Part shown: positions 25,181 to 38,271 of the stretch, piece by piece
Layout of the letters: every line of letters begins with the position of its first letter
Position numbering within the stretch: the stretch's first letter is position 1
Origin: Vicugna vicugna
Taxonomy: Eukaryota
Length of the DNA: 64,000 bases
Assembly: GCA_013265495.1 (NCBI GenBank)
Contig: MU058065.1
Location: 10,147,720 to 10,211,719, forward strand
Direction: 5' to 3'
Notes under the pieces: generated by a model
Databases searched by the model: none
What the model saw: only the letters and a program-made list of their open reading frames with translations
What the model was told of the DNA's origin: nothing
Position numbers and translations under genes: made by a program

Positions 25181-27584
25181 CTCTGGAAGTGCTTAGTCAG
25201 TTTAAAAAAAAAAATGACGAGCTTTCACATATAATTTTGAAACATGAGTCTACTGTATTCATTCTGTTATCTGTAGTAGGTATTTATTCATCAAGAAATT
25301 CACTTTGTCTCCTTTTTTGCATTTCCTTTCTTAGGAAATCGGCATGGTACAGCGGAAAGCTCATTTCTTAAAATGGTAATAAAATACCTATCACATGGGC
25401 TTATTTGAAATAATATTCCTTTCCCTGACTTTGGACTCTGTAGGGGAAAAAACGCTGACCCTGTATAGGTGACCAAGTGATTGCTAGCATTTCTGCCTAT
25501 TTCTGTAGTTCTGGGAAATCTACAGAGAAGGGTTATACGGTTTAAAAATGTGCTCTCTGTTTTTAAAATGATTTAGGGTGCACAGTTCAGTATCATGCTC
25601 ATTTTAAAATGATTTCTACTGGTAATAATGGCTGAACTGATTATAAATTGAGAGTGCATATCACTCACTGGTCACCTCTGTGCGGAGCAGTTCTGCTTCA
25701 ATGACATGAGAGTGTAACAGGGAAACTTGAGTACACTTACATTTAGTTGCAATACAAATCCAAACTTCCCCCCCCCCAGCGAATTAAGTATAAATGAGAG
25801 GAAATATGCTATGTTTTCTACAATTAAATAAATATTTCCCCAATGAACACAAAGGAGACTTTCATGTCAGTATCAATAAAGGCAAAATTCTTTATTTTAA
25901 AAGCAGAAATTCTTACGTGTGCTCTAGCCCAGCAGTTTGGGAGAAAGAATGAAGGTTTTATTTTGCTCTTTCAGCTCAAGGGCTTTCCAGTGTCACTCTG
26001 CTAAAAACATTATGCCTATTTGAATGTTGCTATGACTTCATCTTTGGAGAAAATGGGACAAAACACTGTTTTAATGGAACTAGAGACCAAAGTAACACAG
26101 AGTTTGGCCAGTGTTCTTCTAAAGGTAATGATTACAGAAAATTCAAAAAGTGGCGGGAGGCAAAATAGGAGACTAGGAAAGACCCTCCAATGCAGTGCTC
26201 TGGCCCTGTTTTTAATTCCCTATTATTCTCAGATGGAGGTGAGATGTTAGTAGGAATTAAGGCTTGATCAGGTTATATCAAATCTTTCATCTGTCAAACA
26301 AGTTACTCTGCTTCTATCAGTGACCAAAACCTGATAAAAATTTTTATCATTTACCCAGCATTTGTACTACGTACTTTATAGTTATTAGTGAAATATGAGA
26401 CTCTCCATGTGGGGCTCAATTTGTAAATTATATCCATTTGTCACTCTACTCCTATCCTGTGCTGTTTTACTAATAAACACACCTTTCTCAGTGAGGTTTA
26501 CTAATGAAGTATGTTCATCCAACCAATACATGGCAGCCTCTAAGTCGCTAGCAATTTAAAGAAATCTCTTTATAGGGAAATATTTCAATGTATATTTATT
26601 TCTTCAGGAATGAAATCATACAACATATGTACCTTTTAAATCTACTTTTTCACTTGATTAATTCTGGACACCTTTTTAAAGACCCATTTGTATGGCACAA
26701 ATAATCTACAAGGTTTGATTTGAAGGACAGTAGTTTTTCAGCTCTTGAGATTGGCAGCAATATCATTATCTCTTAGAGTGTCTATGATCACTTAGTCCCA
26801 ATGAACATAGGGTCCAAGACAACAGTCTAGGAGGGTTTTTCACAGACATATGGACTTGACATGATGTGGCTGGAAGGTTGTATCAGTAAGGTAGACGTGT
26901 AAGCCTCTGAGCCTTGTATCGCACCCAGGTGTCCAATCCTTAATTCTCTTACGCAGGTGTTATTTTCCTCTTTTAATAACTAGAAAACCAAGACTCAGTG
27001 ATGCTCATACTCCAGCAGCTAACAAATACTGGAAACTTAGATGTGAGGCCAGCCTTTCATAGCAAGACCCTTGTAAGGCATACAACCACTACTTTTATGA
27101 CTACTATCAATTGTTATCTGGTCCTGTTAACTGAATCAAGAGTTGAACAATTGTAAACCTAATTTTAAAGAGTGAGGATTCCAAATTTTAAATTATTATC
27201 CATTTTAGAAGAATTTGATATTAACATTGAGTTAACTCTGAAATATAGCTGCACTCTTCACATTTGAAATAAGAAAAAGGCAGAGGAAGATGGATGTGCA
27301 AAGTGGTTAACCAATACTGGTTATTACTTTGTTTTAAAATCTTGAGTATATAACATCTTGACTGTATACTTTTTTAAATAGACAGGGCCATCCAACTGCC
27401 TGGAGCTATTAGTTCCAAGTCAAAAGAAAGCCTCTTTCTCTGGGACGTTTCCTAATTTTACCACCACCACCATCACCAAAAAAAAATCAGCAAAATTCAT
27501 CCTTAAACAGAATGATGAATTGTAGGGTTTATAAATACAATCACATTTGAGAATAATGCTTTATTCTTTTCTTTTTAAAAAAAT

Positions 27585-27692
27585 AGATTTTTTAATTTTT
27601 AATTTTTATGTAATTTTTCAAGTTTACTTTCCATTTATAGTTATTATAAAATATTAGCTATATTCTCTGTATTGTACAATACATTCTTGAGT
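27585..27692 (-). mobile_element. L1 3'UTR fragment
   Basis: T-rich tail plus tttccatttatagttattataaaatattagctatattc...tgtacaataca. Confidence 0.65.
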
Positions 27693-28239
27693 CAATAAAA
27701 TTACAGTCTAAAAATCCAAAATTCATTCCACAGTAAATGATTCGTAAAAAATATTTAAGACTCTACATTCTGATAGGGAATATAATTCTAGATATCCGGC
27801 TGCTACAGAAAAAGGCTTATACATCAATGAAAGTTAATTATAAGTTTTCTCTGACACAGAAAGGTGAAGTGACTTTTCAATGTCATAAAACTAGAAAATA
27901 GTAGAAGTGGGAATAGAATTCAGGTCTACTGAATCCCAGTACAATACTTTAGTGAGTAGACAACTATGATTTGTTGTGAAATAATAATTGCTAATTACTT
28001 TGGGTATTCCTTTCATCCTGAAAAGATCTAATAAGGCTCACAAGTTCATAAAGGTGTTTTATCCAATGGACAGCAATGCCTTATAAGAGGATTTTCCTTT
28101 AATACTATGTTAAATAAACTTTAAAAAATTTGATGATTTCAATAACAGTTCCAACTGAATTCTCTAATGGCAGGCATTGAATTTATGTCTAAAGGGGGGT
28201 GATGGGAGTACACAGGATCTCACCACCAAGCATGCAGAA

Positions 28240-28440
28240 TGCTAACATTTATTGTGTCCCTTCCTTGTGCCAGGCATTTAACATGGAATCTGATTTATTT
28301 CTCATAAAATTCCAAGCGGTAATAATTTATCAGATTAGATACTGAAGCTGAAATTGAACCCAAGTTAAGCAGATCAAATGAGAGAGTCAGACTTTGAATT
28401 CAAATCGAACTCTAAAGATCCCATTTTCCCCATGACACTA
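28240..28440 (-). mobile_element. MIR fragment
   Basis: gctaacatttattg...tgtgccaggca...gactttgaattcaaatc. Confidence 0.5.
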
Positions 28441-29134
28441 CAGTCTTTGCACACTCTTCAAAAAAGCACAGGTAGTTTATTGTCTATCCTGGAGAGCCAC
28501 TGAAGAAAACAGAGACAGAAACTCAGATGATGTAATGGGGTCTGTAGAAAAGCATCATTAGACTAGAAGCAAGGGTAAAAGGAACTAACAGTCATTGAAG
28601 GTGAATGAGGTATCATTTAATCTTCACATTCACAACTTCATTATGACTATTTCATTGGTGGGAGTGTTGAGTTTCAGAGGAGTTAAAAAAAATTATTCAA
28701 GATCATAAAGCTAGCTAGTAGTAGAACCAGGATTTAAAAGACATATGTCTGACTTCACAATTTGAGAACATAACTAACTTTTCTATATCTCTTCCATTGT
28801 TAGGATAGTTTTTGCCAAATTAAGGACATGTAGAAGACTGATAAGAGTTACCTCTGATTAATAGATACATATTTGATTTTACCTACTCATCAATACTGTG
28901 CAGTTTGGAAAACAGTTTTTGTTTTTCTGTTTTTTAAATGTATATTTATTAATAGATAATCAGAGTTCAGAGTGCACGAACAACTATAATTGGTCTATGC
29001 TAAATCTTAGAGACAAATGTAATTGTTGCTTTATCTACATAATACTTTTTTGTTACTTTTAAATCTCTTGGTTAGTGCTACCTGTAATGGTGATGACACT
29101 ATAATATCAGTCTGCATAAGACTTATTTGAAAAG

Positions 29135-29445
29135 AAAGGATGCCGATACCCTGGCTCCAGCTCGCATATTTGGCTTAAGTATCTGGGGAAGAGCCTCATA
29201 ATTTTTAACAACTCCCCTTGATTAACAAACGTTACAGTATTCTGGGAAAAAAAACCCCACTAAATAAATTCATAAGGCTAAATTTTAGAACTTTATGGAA
29301 AATTTTCAACAGAAAATCCCATTGTAGAGAAGTAATTCTCAGACTTTGGTGCACATCAGAATCACCAGGTTTGGTAAAGTTTAGACTCCTGGAGATACCA
29401 ACTCAGAAAGTCCTGGAAATGGACATGAGTGGTTATGCATATTTA
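29135..29445. mobile_element. MER5-like fragments
   Basis: tatctggggaagagcc...tttttaacaactcccc and aattctcagactttggtgcacatcagaatcacc. Confidence 0.5.
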
Positions 29446-32400
29446 TTGACAACAAAGTCGACAGTCTATTCTATATTTTATAAAAAATTGGGGAAAATGG
29501 TGCTATAGAATTAGATTAAAAATTACTTATGAAATTATTGATGAAATGACTTAGGAATCATAATATAATTCCACTGGGTGGTTTTGGTAGAAAGAATTGT
29601 GCATTATATTCTGTTTAGTCACATCTGATTGATGACATCTTAAATCTATTAAGAACGAAAACTGTATATAGTGACAGAATGAGAACTTTTAAAGACAATA
29701 TACTCTTAGGAGCTTGGCTATCAAATGTGAGTGAGCCTTGCATTTTCTAAAGTAGACATGTCACTTCTATCCAGAGTGTTCAGAATCCCACCTCCTCCAG
29801 CATTGTACAATAGTCAGCACAGGTACTCTTCATTGTCTGACTTCAATTTTCATATCAACTATGTATGCCAATACAAGGTAAATTTTAAAAAATAATTGTA
29901 ATTTAATTTAAATACTTAAGAAAGAGTCCAAAATACCTTTTTGAATTAAGTCAGAAAAATCAGAGCCCAGAGGAAAAAATTGCAAAATTTTAAGAGTATC
30001 ATAGAAAAACTGACTGGACTTCATTTAGAGACTATATCATAGGGCCACACTGAGAGGCATTACCGTAAACATCTCTAAGTTACTCATTGTTGACTTTTAT
30101 TTGCTTTAACTACGGTGGTGAACAGGTTGTTCATCAAACAAGTGATGTTGTTATAAAGAAACAGGAGGAATTTTCTTCTCATGTATAAGAACCAAGAATA
30201 CTTATTCTTGGCCACATAATTTATTTTTATCTTACGGACACCAAGAATCATATGAGTGATTGGGTTTCTTATTTTGAGTTAGCATCCAGAAAGCTCAGGA
30301 AGTTATGACCCACTTTCTGCTAAGAAATTCTGTGCTCTAATCTCAGCCCTGGATTTATTATACTTTTTCTAGTCTAATTTTCCTCTTTGTCCCATTTTAT
30401 TCATTTTAAACACAAAATCAAACTTCTTGTAATATCCATAAAGTACTATAAATCATATATTGTGACATGGTCAGGTACAAGTAAATTAGATTGTTTTTTA
30501 AATATATTAGCCATGGCTGCATATAGTTAATAATATGCTCTTCCTAACATGAATATGCATTGTTTAAAAGTGTGTCTTTACTTTCTTTATCACTTACAGA
30601 TTCATGATATTAAACAGTCTTTGTCATCAATTATTTATCTGCTTTTAAAGAAGCAACAGAAATATCATTCTCAAAAATTATGATCAGATATTGTAAAAAA
30701 TCACTTACGATTAAGAATAGTTTTATTGTCTAGACTCTGGTAAACATATTCAATAAATAATTGATGGCCACTCTTTTCATTGCTTACTTCAGAAGGCCCA
30801 TAATGGGTCTCTCAGGTGGGCAGGATAGCCCTTGGATTCTTACATGTAAAACCCATTGTCTCTTGGATATCACCAAGGATTCTTCATAGTGTTGTGTAGT
30901 GAAGGTTAAGTTTAAGTAATTTTAATGTAAGAGAAAACGCAGAAAGTAAGCTATAATGTGGAGGTAGGTGCCATGATAATTAAGTATTTGCATAGTTGAC
31001 TGCAACCCTTATTAAGCAACGTGCCAAATGCCAGGCTGTTTTACATAATGGATGTGGGGGAAGAAGTCACATACACCAAAGTAATGGAACACATTAATAA
31101 AAGTTTGCTCAGTGTGTGTCCTTCATGCAGGCTGTGGTGACAAATATCCATGCCTTTACAAACTACATGACATTATGTTGTTTAGTCCTCTGGGACTTGC
31201 CTGCCAAGTTGCTGTCTATCATTTATTTTCCACCGTGATGTATATATGCTTTGAGTGATCGCAATAGAAGGTCACAGCCGGTGAAGTTTCTTTACCAAAC
31301 ATTTCTTTTTTTCCTGTCTGGGGCTTTGAGTGGTTCACATTTATAGTTTATTGTACTTCATTTTAGTAAACGTCCCAAGGAGATTCAGAGTAGGTTCTGG
31401 GACCCAGGTCTTCCATCAATGTGTTTGCTCTCTGTGCTCCTGTGGTCTTCCCAGCTCCCATTTCTATAAATAACTGCCGAAACATTTGCAGGAACACTTT
31501 TATTGTCCTTAACCTTATCTCTTGTTACTTTTAAGGTTCTTATGAAAAGAAAGAAAAGAAAAAAGAAGCTTTTCTCAGTCTCTCTATTTTGATGCCTATT
31601 GGCTATAAGCAGATGGGCAGCAGTATGTAATGCTGCTCTTAAAACTGCATCTCTGTCCCCATCAAAGTTCTCCTCACTCGGCTCAGCCATCAAAGTATAG
31701 GTGGGTGACTGACTGATAGTTAAATAGCATATCACAGAGATCAGGATACAGTGTTCTCACTACATAAAATAACTTTGCCTGTGTTAAGCTGAACAAGCAC
31801 AGCAAATTATCTTTTTTCTCCATTTTTATTTCCAAGCCAGCGTTTAACAATGGACCTTTACAAAGGGACATATTAAAACATCACCCCATCATCTCAGGTT
31901 TCAGTTGTCCATGGCGAAATTGAAAGAGTGCACACGCAGGGGGAGGACACTGTGCCCTTTCCAGAAGAGACAACCCTGTAATCTTGCCTAAAGCACTCAA
32001 TTACAGCCCTGTGATGGGGGTAGTGGACATTAACACCAGGGCTGCTCTGAGCACCCCCAAGGCGCCAACACCTGGATAGTCTTTTATCCTCTGCCTCATC
32101 ATTTCGAGGGTAGTATTTTTAGCACTTCACAAAGCTGGCATGCTGGGCATCTGTCCCTCCTACTTCACTATCTCCCGTCCTCTCTCATTTCGAGGCGGGC
32201 AGACACTGGTGGAACAGCAGAATGGTAGGCTAGCTCCGGACAGATGTCTGCTCTGCTTCTCTACCTTTTATGCAGATATTCTGAGCATGACCAGAAGAAG
32301 ACTCAGAGCAGAGGAGAAGGAGACATTTGCTCATATTTGGGCCAAATTTCAAGCTTTTTGAGTATGGCACTCATTTAATTTGGGAGGAGTGACTATGTGA

Positions 32401-33414
32401 TAAGCAAGTCCTTGATAAAACCCCCTTACTTGCAATGTCTTTGAGGCTTTTCTTTATGCAAGCACAGGAAACCAGTGCTACCTGGGGCAATATATCTTTT
32501 AAAAAATATACAATTATGAGGCATGAATTCTGAATTAAAGGGCTTTACTTTATTGAATCTTTTTAAATGTTTCTGTCCTTTTGACACTTTTTTTATTCAA
32601 TTCATTCAAAAATTGCAGCTATCAATCATGTTCTAACTATTTTCAACATTTTCTTTAAAATACATGTTAAGTTCATGTCTAAATCAACCAACTGTGAAAC
32701 CATATTCGATCTGTGCCCTCCAATCTATCAAACTACTGCAACATGTTTTTGTGAATAAAACTCTTATTAATAAGCATGCTTATTTCTTATGTAGTGACAA
32801 AGAATATCAAATATTAAAACTAGTATATCTATTGGTTCTTCATTACTAATTGAAAATATGATTTTATGTTGGTGTGTCTTTCATTAAGACACATTGTATC
32901 TTTCCCAATATGCTGTGGCCTGAGTAACTTGTAGGCACTTGATTCTTTTGATGATCAATGTCCAAATTTGTTTGTTAATTCAGCATAAATGCAGGATTTT
33001 TTAATCCCATCATTTGCTGTGTCAGTCCTGGGCTGGGTCCCTTCTAGACCCACTGCCGTTATTTCCCTGATCCGCTCTGCATTGTCTCAGTGTCCCTTGC
33101 CAATAGTTTCCATTTAAGTTTGTGCCATGAGAGGCCTTGGAGAGAAAATAGGAAGGAGGGAGGAAGGGAGAAGGCTCCCCCCCCCTAGGCTTTGATAGAG
33201 ATCTCTGAGAGTGACTGAGTCTCTGCTGTGAACCCAGCTGTCATCAGGCAGTCCCTCCCTCCACCATACTAGCTTCATTAGACCGAGCTTGTGGTCCTAG
33301 ATTGTGTCTGGTGATCTTGGGCCCTGAGGGTGTTGTTAGCTTCCTGCAGCTCCTCATGTCTGATTTGCTTCATGATTTCAGCTCAACCAACATCTTTTTA
33401 ACAAATCCAGTTGC

Positions 33415-33790
33415 ATGGCCATGGGGATGTTCCTCAGGAGAACCTGCTGTGGAGAGCATAACTGACTGATGGTTTCCAACTGCTGCTCTTTTGCATACAC
33501 TGTGGGTTTCACGCAAGCCTGCACTTATCCCAAGCTACCCTCAGCCAATGATTATGAATGATGATGGGGTGATAAGAATCAGGCCATTACTGTACAAGGC
33601 AGGATCCCTTTAACGGGCAATCTTTGCTCTTGGGGCTGCATGTTGGCCTATCACAGTCTCCAGATCTGAGACTTCCCTACCCAATCCTCCTTCCTTCCTT
33701 CTCTCTTCTCCTAGTTGTAGACCTGGATCATGATCTGACAGCTGTCTCCACCCACCTACTCCTGCTCCTTCCCCTTTTTCCCCTTAGTAT
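33415..33790 (+). mobile_element. ERVL LTR fragment, LTR16-like
   Basis: ctcagccaatga...caggccatt...gggcaatctttgctc...cttccctacccaatcctccttcc. Confidence 0.55.
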
Positions 33791-34354
33791 TAGAATGCAT
33801 ATTGTGAATCTGTAAGAAAGAGGATACAGAATTTTTCAAATGTGCTTATTCATAGACCCCTGTTTTTAGAGAACTTGTGGGGGATGTTATCCTATGCAGT
33901 GTTCTTTGGGGGAATAGTCACATAGTTTTCAGACATAGTAATTCATCACCTTGAAAATTTATTACTTCTTTTCTAAGTAATCAAGTTATAGAAGGTGAAA
34001 TTGTAGAGTTTACTGCAATTAAGGCAGGAAGGAGTTCCTGCTGAATTGATGGTAGATGGCAGTGTGGGGGAGATGACTGTGCTTTAAAAGGATGGGATGT
34101 GGTCAATTCAAAGAGAAAGGAAATGATTATACTGTTAAGTGTCTCCAGTATGCCAAGTTATATAGTGAGCTTCCCCATAACAGCAAGCTTTGTCTGACCC
34201 TAAAACCTTCCCATGAAAGCGCTAAACCTGAGTATTATCAAAACAATCATTTGGTATTTTCAACCTTGTATTGACTAGTTTGATGAAAGTACTATCTTAT
34301 GTTTTCTGTGGAATATTTTATTCCTATCATCATTGTATCTTGATTTGATTGATT

Positions 34355-34432
34355 TCTGTATTACTATTTTTCTACATTACTATATTACTATTCCATATTA
34401 CTATATTATGATTGTTATATTTCTGTATCACT
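34355..34432. repeat. Degenerate tandem repeat of ~ATATTACT units
   Basis: Direct reading: tattactat...attactatattactattccatattactatatt. Confidence 0.6.
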
Positions 34433-35710
34433 AACGTGGAAATGAATTTGAACATTTATTTTAACTGAGTGGAAATAAATCAGTTTTATCTTACATGTCC
34501 TTTGGAAATGTGCTTTTTTGCTCCCTTCTTGCTTTCTCCTTTGGAAAGTGGTTATGAGTAAATGCATTTAAGGCTTCAGTTTCCTAAAGTATATCTAGAT
34601 AATAACCTCTCATTTTCTTTCACAATCTCCTCTTTGATTTCTCATGATGTTCTTATTTTTGTGTGTCTAAATTGAATTTTTTCTATAGACCTATTACAGG
34701 ATGGCAACCTGATATTTGTTTGTCTTTATTTATTGGTTGAACCAGCACATCACTGAGGTTGTGCTATTTAAAGATCAGAGCACACTGAGCACACTGCTAA
34801 ATAGCTGCATGATTATGAAAAGTCGACAGTCGAAATTAATGTTAAGCAAAAGTTCATGTTCATTAAAATAAATGTGCAAATAAAAGACTTTCCAGCAAAT
34901 AATTTATTGCTCCATAAAGTTTTTTTTTATTTTTATTCAGAAGCCACATAGAAATTCAAAAAATGCTATTCATTCATTCATAAGTAAAAACAGATTGAAT
35001 GAATGACTTCTTTGATCTTATACTGAACAACAAATAGGAGATAGAATATTCATTTATTCACTAATTAATTAACTCACTCACTATGTATTGAATCCCTACT
35101 ATGTATGTGACACCATGCTGAGTGACTGTGTATGTACATGTGGTAAATCAGAGCTGGCCTTGATGGCCCTACCATTTTTTCAATGGATTTTTCTGAAACA
35201 GACCAATTTGAGTCTCTTGATATTGATTTGAATTCCTATGATCATATTCTCTCTCACTTCAAATGACTGTCATATTCCCAGATTTAACTACCTGGCAACG
35301 CCATATTTGTTGCCTAAACAGTTGGGTTTCCTCCCATAGGATCAGCTATAGGCTGTTGAAATTTTTTTCAAAGCCAAGATTTCAGTTATATTGCTCAAAA
35401 ATCATAACATTTTTAATAAATGGAACAGAGTCTGCCTTTCTTTGTGTTTTGGATCCTTTCATGATGGTTAAGTTGCCTTTTATGCCTAAGTTCAGGCAGT
35501 TTACTAAAAAGTTCTCTAAGCCTCACTGTTTAAGGGGATTACTTAGTCTAATGAGGGGTCACACAGTGGAAAAAACACGATGTCAGGACTCCAAAGATTA
35601 GGCTATTCGATTCCATTTGATTCCATTTCATCCATGGATTGGAGATGATATCTGACCACACACTACTTTAGAGGGTGATTGCAAGCATGTGAAAATTATT
35701 TGAATGTAAA

Positions 35711-36200
35711 ATATCGGAAAAGCCACCAAGTAACTGAAAGACGTCACTTTACATAAGCAATATGTGACATTCCACCATTACAATGGTGGCATTGGTAGGT
35801 GTGCCCAGGCGAAACAGTGAAGCTGGATGCAGGGTTAATGACCCAAAAAAAGTGCTGAGTTTTTATTGCACGTGCTCAAAAATGCAGAGAGTAATGCTGA
35901 ACTGAAGGGCTTAGATGTAGATTCTCTGGTCATTGAGCACATCCAGGTGAGCAAAGTCCCCAAGAAGCAGCACAAGACTTAGAGAGCTCTTGGTCAGATC
36001 AAACCATACGTGAGCTCTCCCTGCTACATTGAGATGATCCTTACTGAAAAAGAGCAGATTGTTTCCAAACCAGAAGAAGAGGTTGCACAGAAGAAAAAGA
36101 TATCCCAGAAGAAACTGAAGAAATAAAAACTTATGGCCCGGGAATAAATTCAGCAAAAAATACATGCAAATAGAGGTAAAAAATAATAAAATAAGGTAAA
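35711..36200 (+). pseudogene. RPL17: Processed pseudogene of 60S ribosomal protein L17 (uL22), 5'-truncated
   Basis: Intronless translation ...[72 protein letters not shown]...[37 protein letters not shown] (terminal stop 36145-36147). Multiple stops and an A-rich tail. Direct repeat ATGTGAAAATTATTTGAA at 35687-35704 and 36226-36243. Confidence 0.97.
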
Positions 36201-38241
36201 TAATTTAAAATGTTAAAGTTAATGTATGTGAAAATTATTTGAAAAAATATACTATGAAACTAATATTTAGTGAGGGTCTGTGATGGTGCTGTGCACCTTC
36301 CCAAATTGGGATCTCAGTTAGTCCTTGTAACAAATCTGTGAAGCAGGAGGTAGAGGCAGAAACACACAGCTCATAGTAGGCACAGCTGAAGTTTTAACCT
36401 CAGATTTCTAATGTTGCTGGAGCACAGTTTCCCTGTACCACACCGGAGCTTTCATAGAAGGGACTTTAAATAGCATCTCATAACTTAGAGTTAGGCATGT
36501 GTTTTCATTTCTATGTTTCCTACCGACTTCTGTTTCAGAGGAAAAGAAGAGAGGACATTTGACTTGCCAAGATACTTTGTTGCCAGTCTGACACTACTGA
36601 ACAAGGACACTATTAGTAAAGAGAAGTGATAAAGCTATTGGCAGTTCAAATTGATTCTCCTTCAATAAGATGACAATTATAAAGCGTAAATAAAAATATG
36701 AGATGGAATGATGTATTTGAGGTACTTTTCCCTTCTCTAAGATTTAACTATTATTATATTTAATAAGGATACTTCAAAAGGACTGTCAACACGTAGGTAG
36801 AAGTTTTGCTGAAGCGTTTTTTTGTTTTGTTTTGTTTGGTCAAAACTTATGAATTTCTTCTCTAGTCCTTATAGAAAATCCTTATCTTAGATTATACACA
36901 ATATGGTCTTGTACAATGTTTAAACAGTGACTTGTGTCTCTGTGAGCTTTCATAGTTAAATTGTTTTCTTGGAAAGCTATTTCAAGTTATAACACGTTCT
37001 CTGGCCCTGATGACCATCTGATTCTTTGCCCAGTCTTTCTCTTCTCAGTCTGGTGAGTAGTGGCCAAGAAATGCACTGACTCTGTGATTTGCATAAAGCT
37101 TAAGTGGTCATAGGAAAAATAGAAAGCTCCTTTGGGAAGTACATGACGTTTCTCTAGATGCTGTAAAAGAGTGTAGAGGTGGAAAAAATACTCAGAAACA
37201 GACACATAGCAAATAAAATGAAATAGATATGTAAAAGAATAAACACCTATTTTGGTGGAAACCTTAACCTTTATTAGTACCTGCCTAGAGCAGGGGATTA
37301 AAATGGTATTGAGTTAGATCCATTAGTATCAAAATCTGTCTCTTCCTCTAGAAATGTACAAACCCCAAGTGATTATAGAAAAACAATGTGGCAGCCATGA
37401 CAGAGCTGTAGAAAGTCTATAGTAATCTAGTGGATTGAAGGAATTAAATCTGCTCCTATTTCCATTGGAACATATCTCCTAATTGGACTTGTGATTCACC
37501 TTGGTTTTCCTTGCATCCGTGGGAGATGATAGTTAAAATATGAGCATTTTGTCAAGTGAAAGGAAAAAGAGCCATAGATAGATGGGTGGACCCACCTTTA
37601 TAACAAGGATGTTAAGGCACAAAAAGAGAACACAATGGATTTGTGATTAGAAGGAGTTAGGAAAGAGGAATCTAGAAAGAGTTAGAAATAGATAATTTAG
37701 TACTGCTTAATAATGATACTTTATTTTATCAATGCCTATCATATATAAACTCATTTTACCTGTATATTTTGGTAGAAGTTTCCCCTTGGAGTTGTCAAAA
37801 ATCCATGCAAAGTAGGTTGCTAGTATAATTGAGTAAATTAAAAATCCTTCTAAGAATTTTTTTTTCTTATTACACAGTGATTTAAAAGGCAGTTTTCAAG
37901 CACACATTTATTTCCATTTGTGACATGAGATTGGTCTCTTCCTTTAGAGAAATCATCCTACATTGGGATGACAAGTTAAATTTAAATTTACACAGGCATA
38001 GAGGGAGCAAAATTCCTCTGCCCTAGCAAATGAAGAATGAGATCATATCTGAAAGCTTTTCATTCATGTAAATAATCTGTGGACAGTTGGCTTTGGCAGG
38101 AGACTCAGAGTCAGAAAACATACTTTGTGCCAAGTAACTTGAACACTCTTACTTGTTTATAAGTCTCTCTTTGCAGACACAAATGTTTGGACAACTGGGA
38201 ATCCTTCAGCGAACTGAAACAAAAATTCTGCAGATGGGATA

Positions 38242-38271
38242 GTGGTGGTGGTGGTGGTGGTGCTGGTGGTG
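38242..38271. repeat. (GGT)n trinucleotide microsatellite
   Basis: Direct reading. Confidence 0.9.

Noticed and set aside
31385..31735. Longest ORF (116 aa)
   Set aside because: GTG start, an internal poly-Phe run from a simple T tract, no recognisable domain and no convincing splice boundaries.
34970..35006. 11-bp perfect inverted repeat TCATTCATTCA/TGAATGAATGA
   Set aside because: Simple (TTCA)n L2-tail-type sequence; the stem is too short to imply a structured RNA.
35605..35634. ATTCC/ATTCG pentamer run resembling satellite II/III
   Set aside because: Only about six degenerate units, consistent with a chance microsatellite.
35911..36165. 84-aa hydrophobic minus-strand ORF
   Set aside because: It is the antisense reading of the Lys/Glu-rich end of the RPL17 pseudogene.
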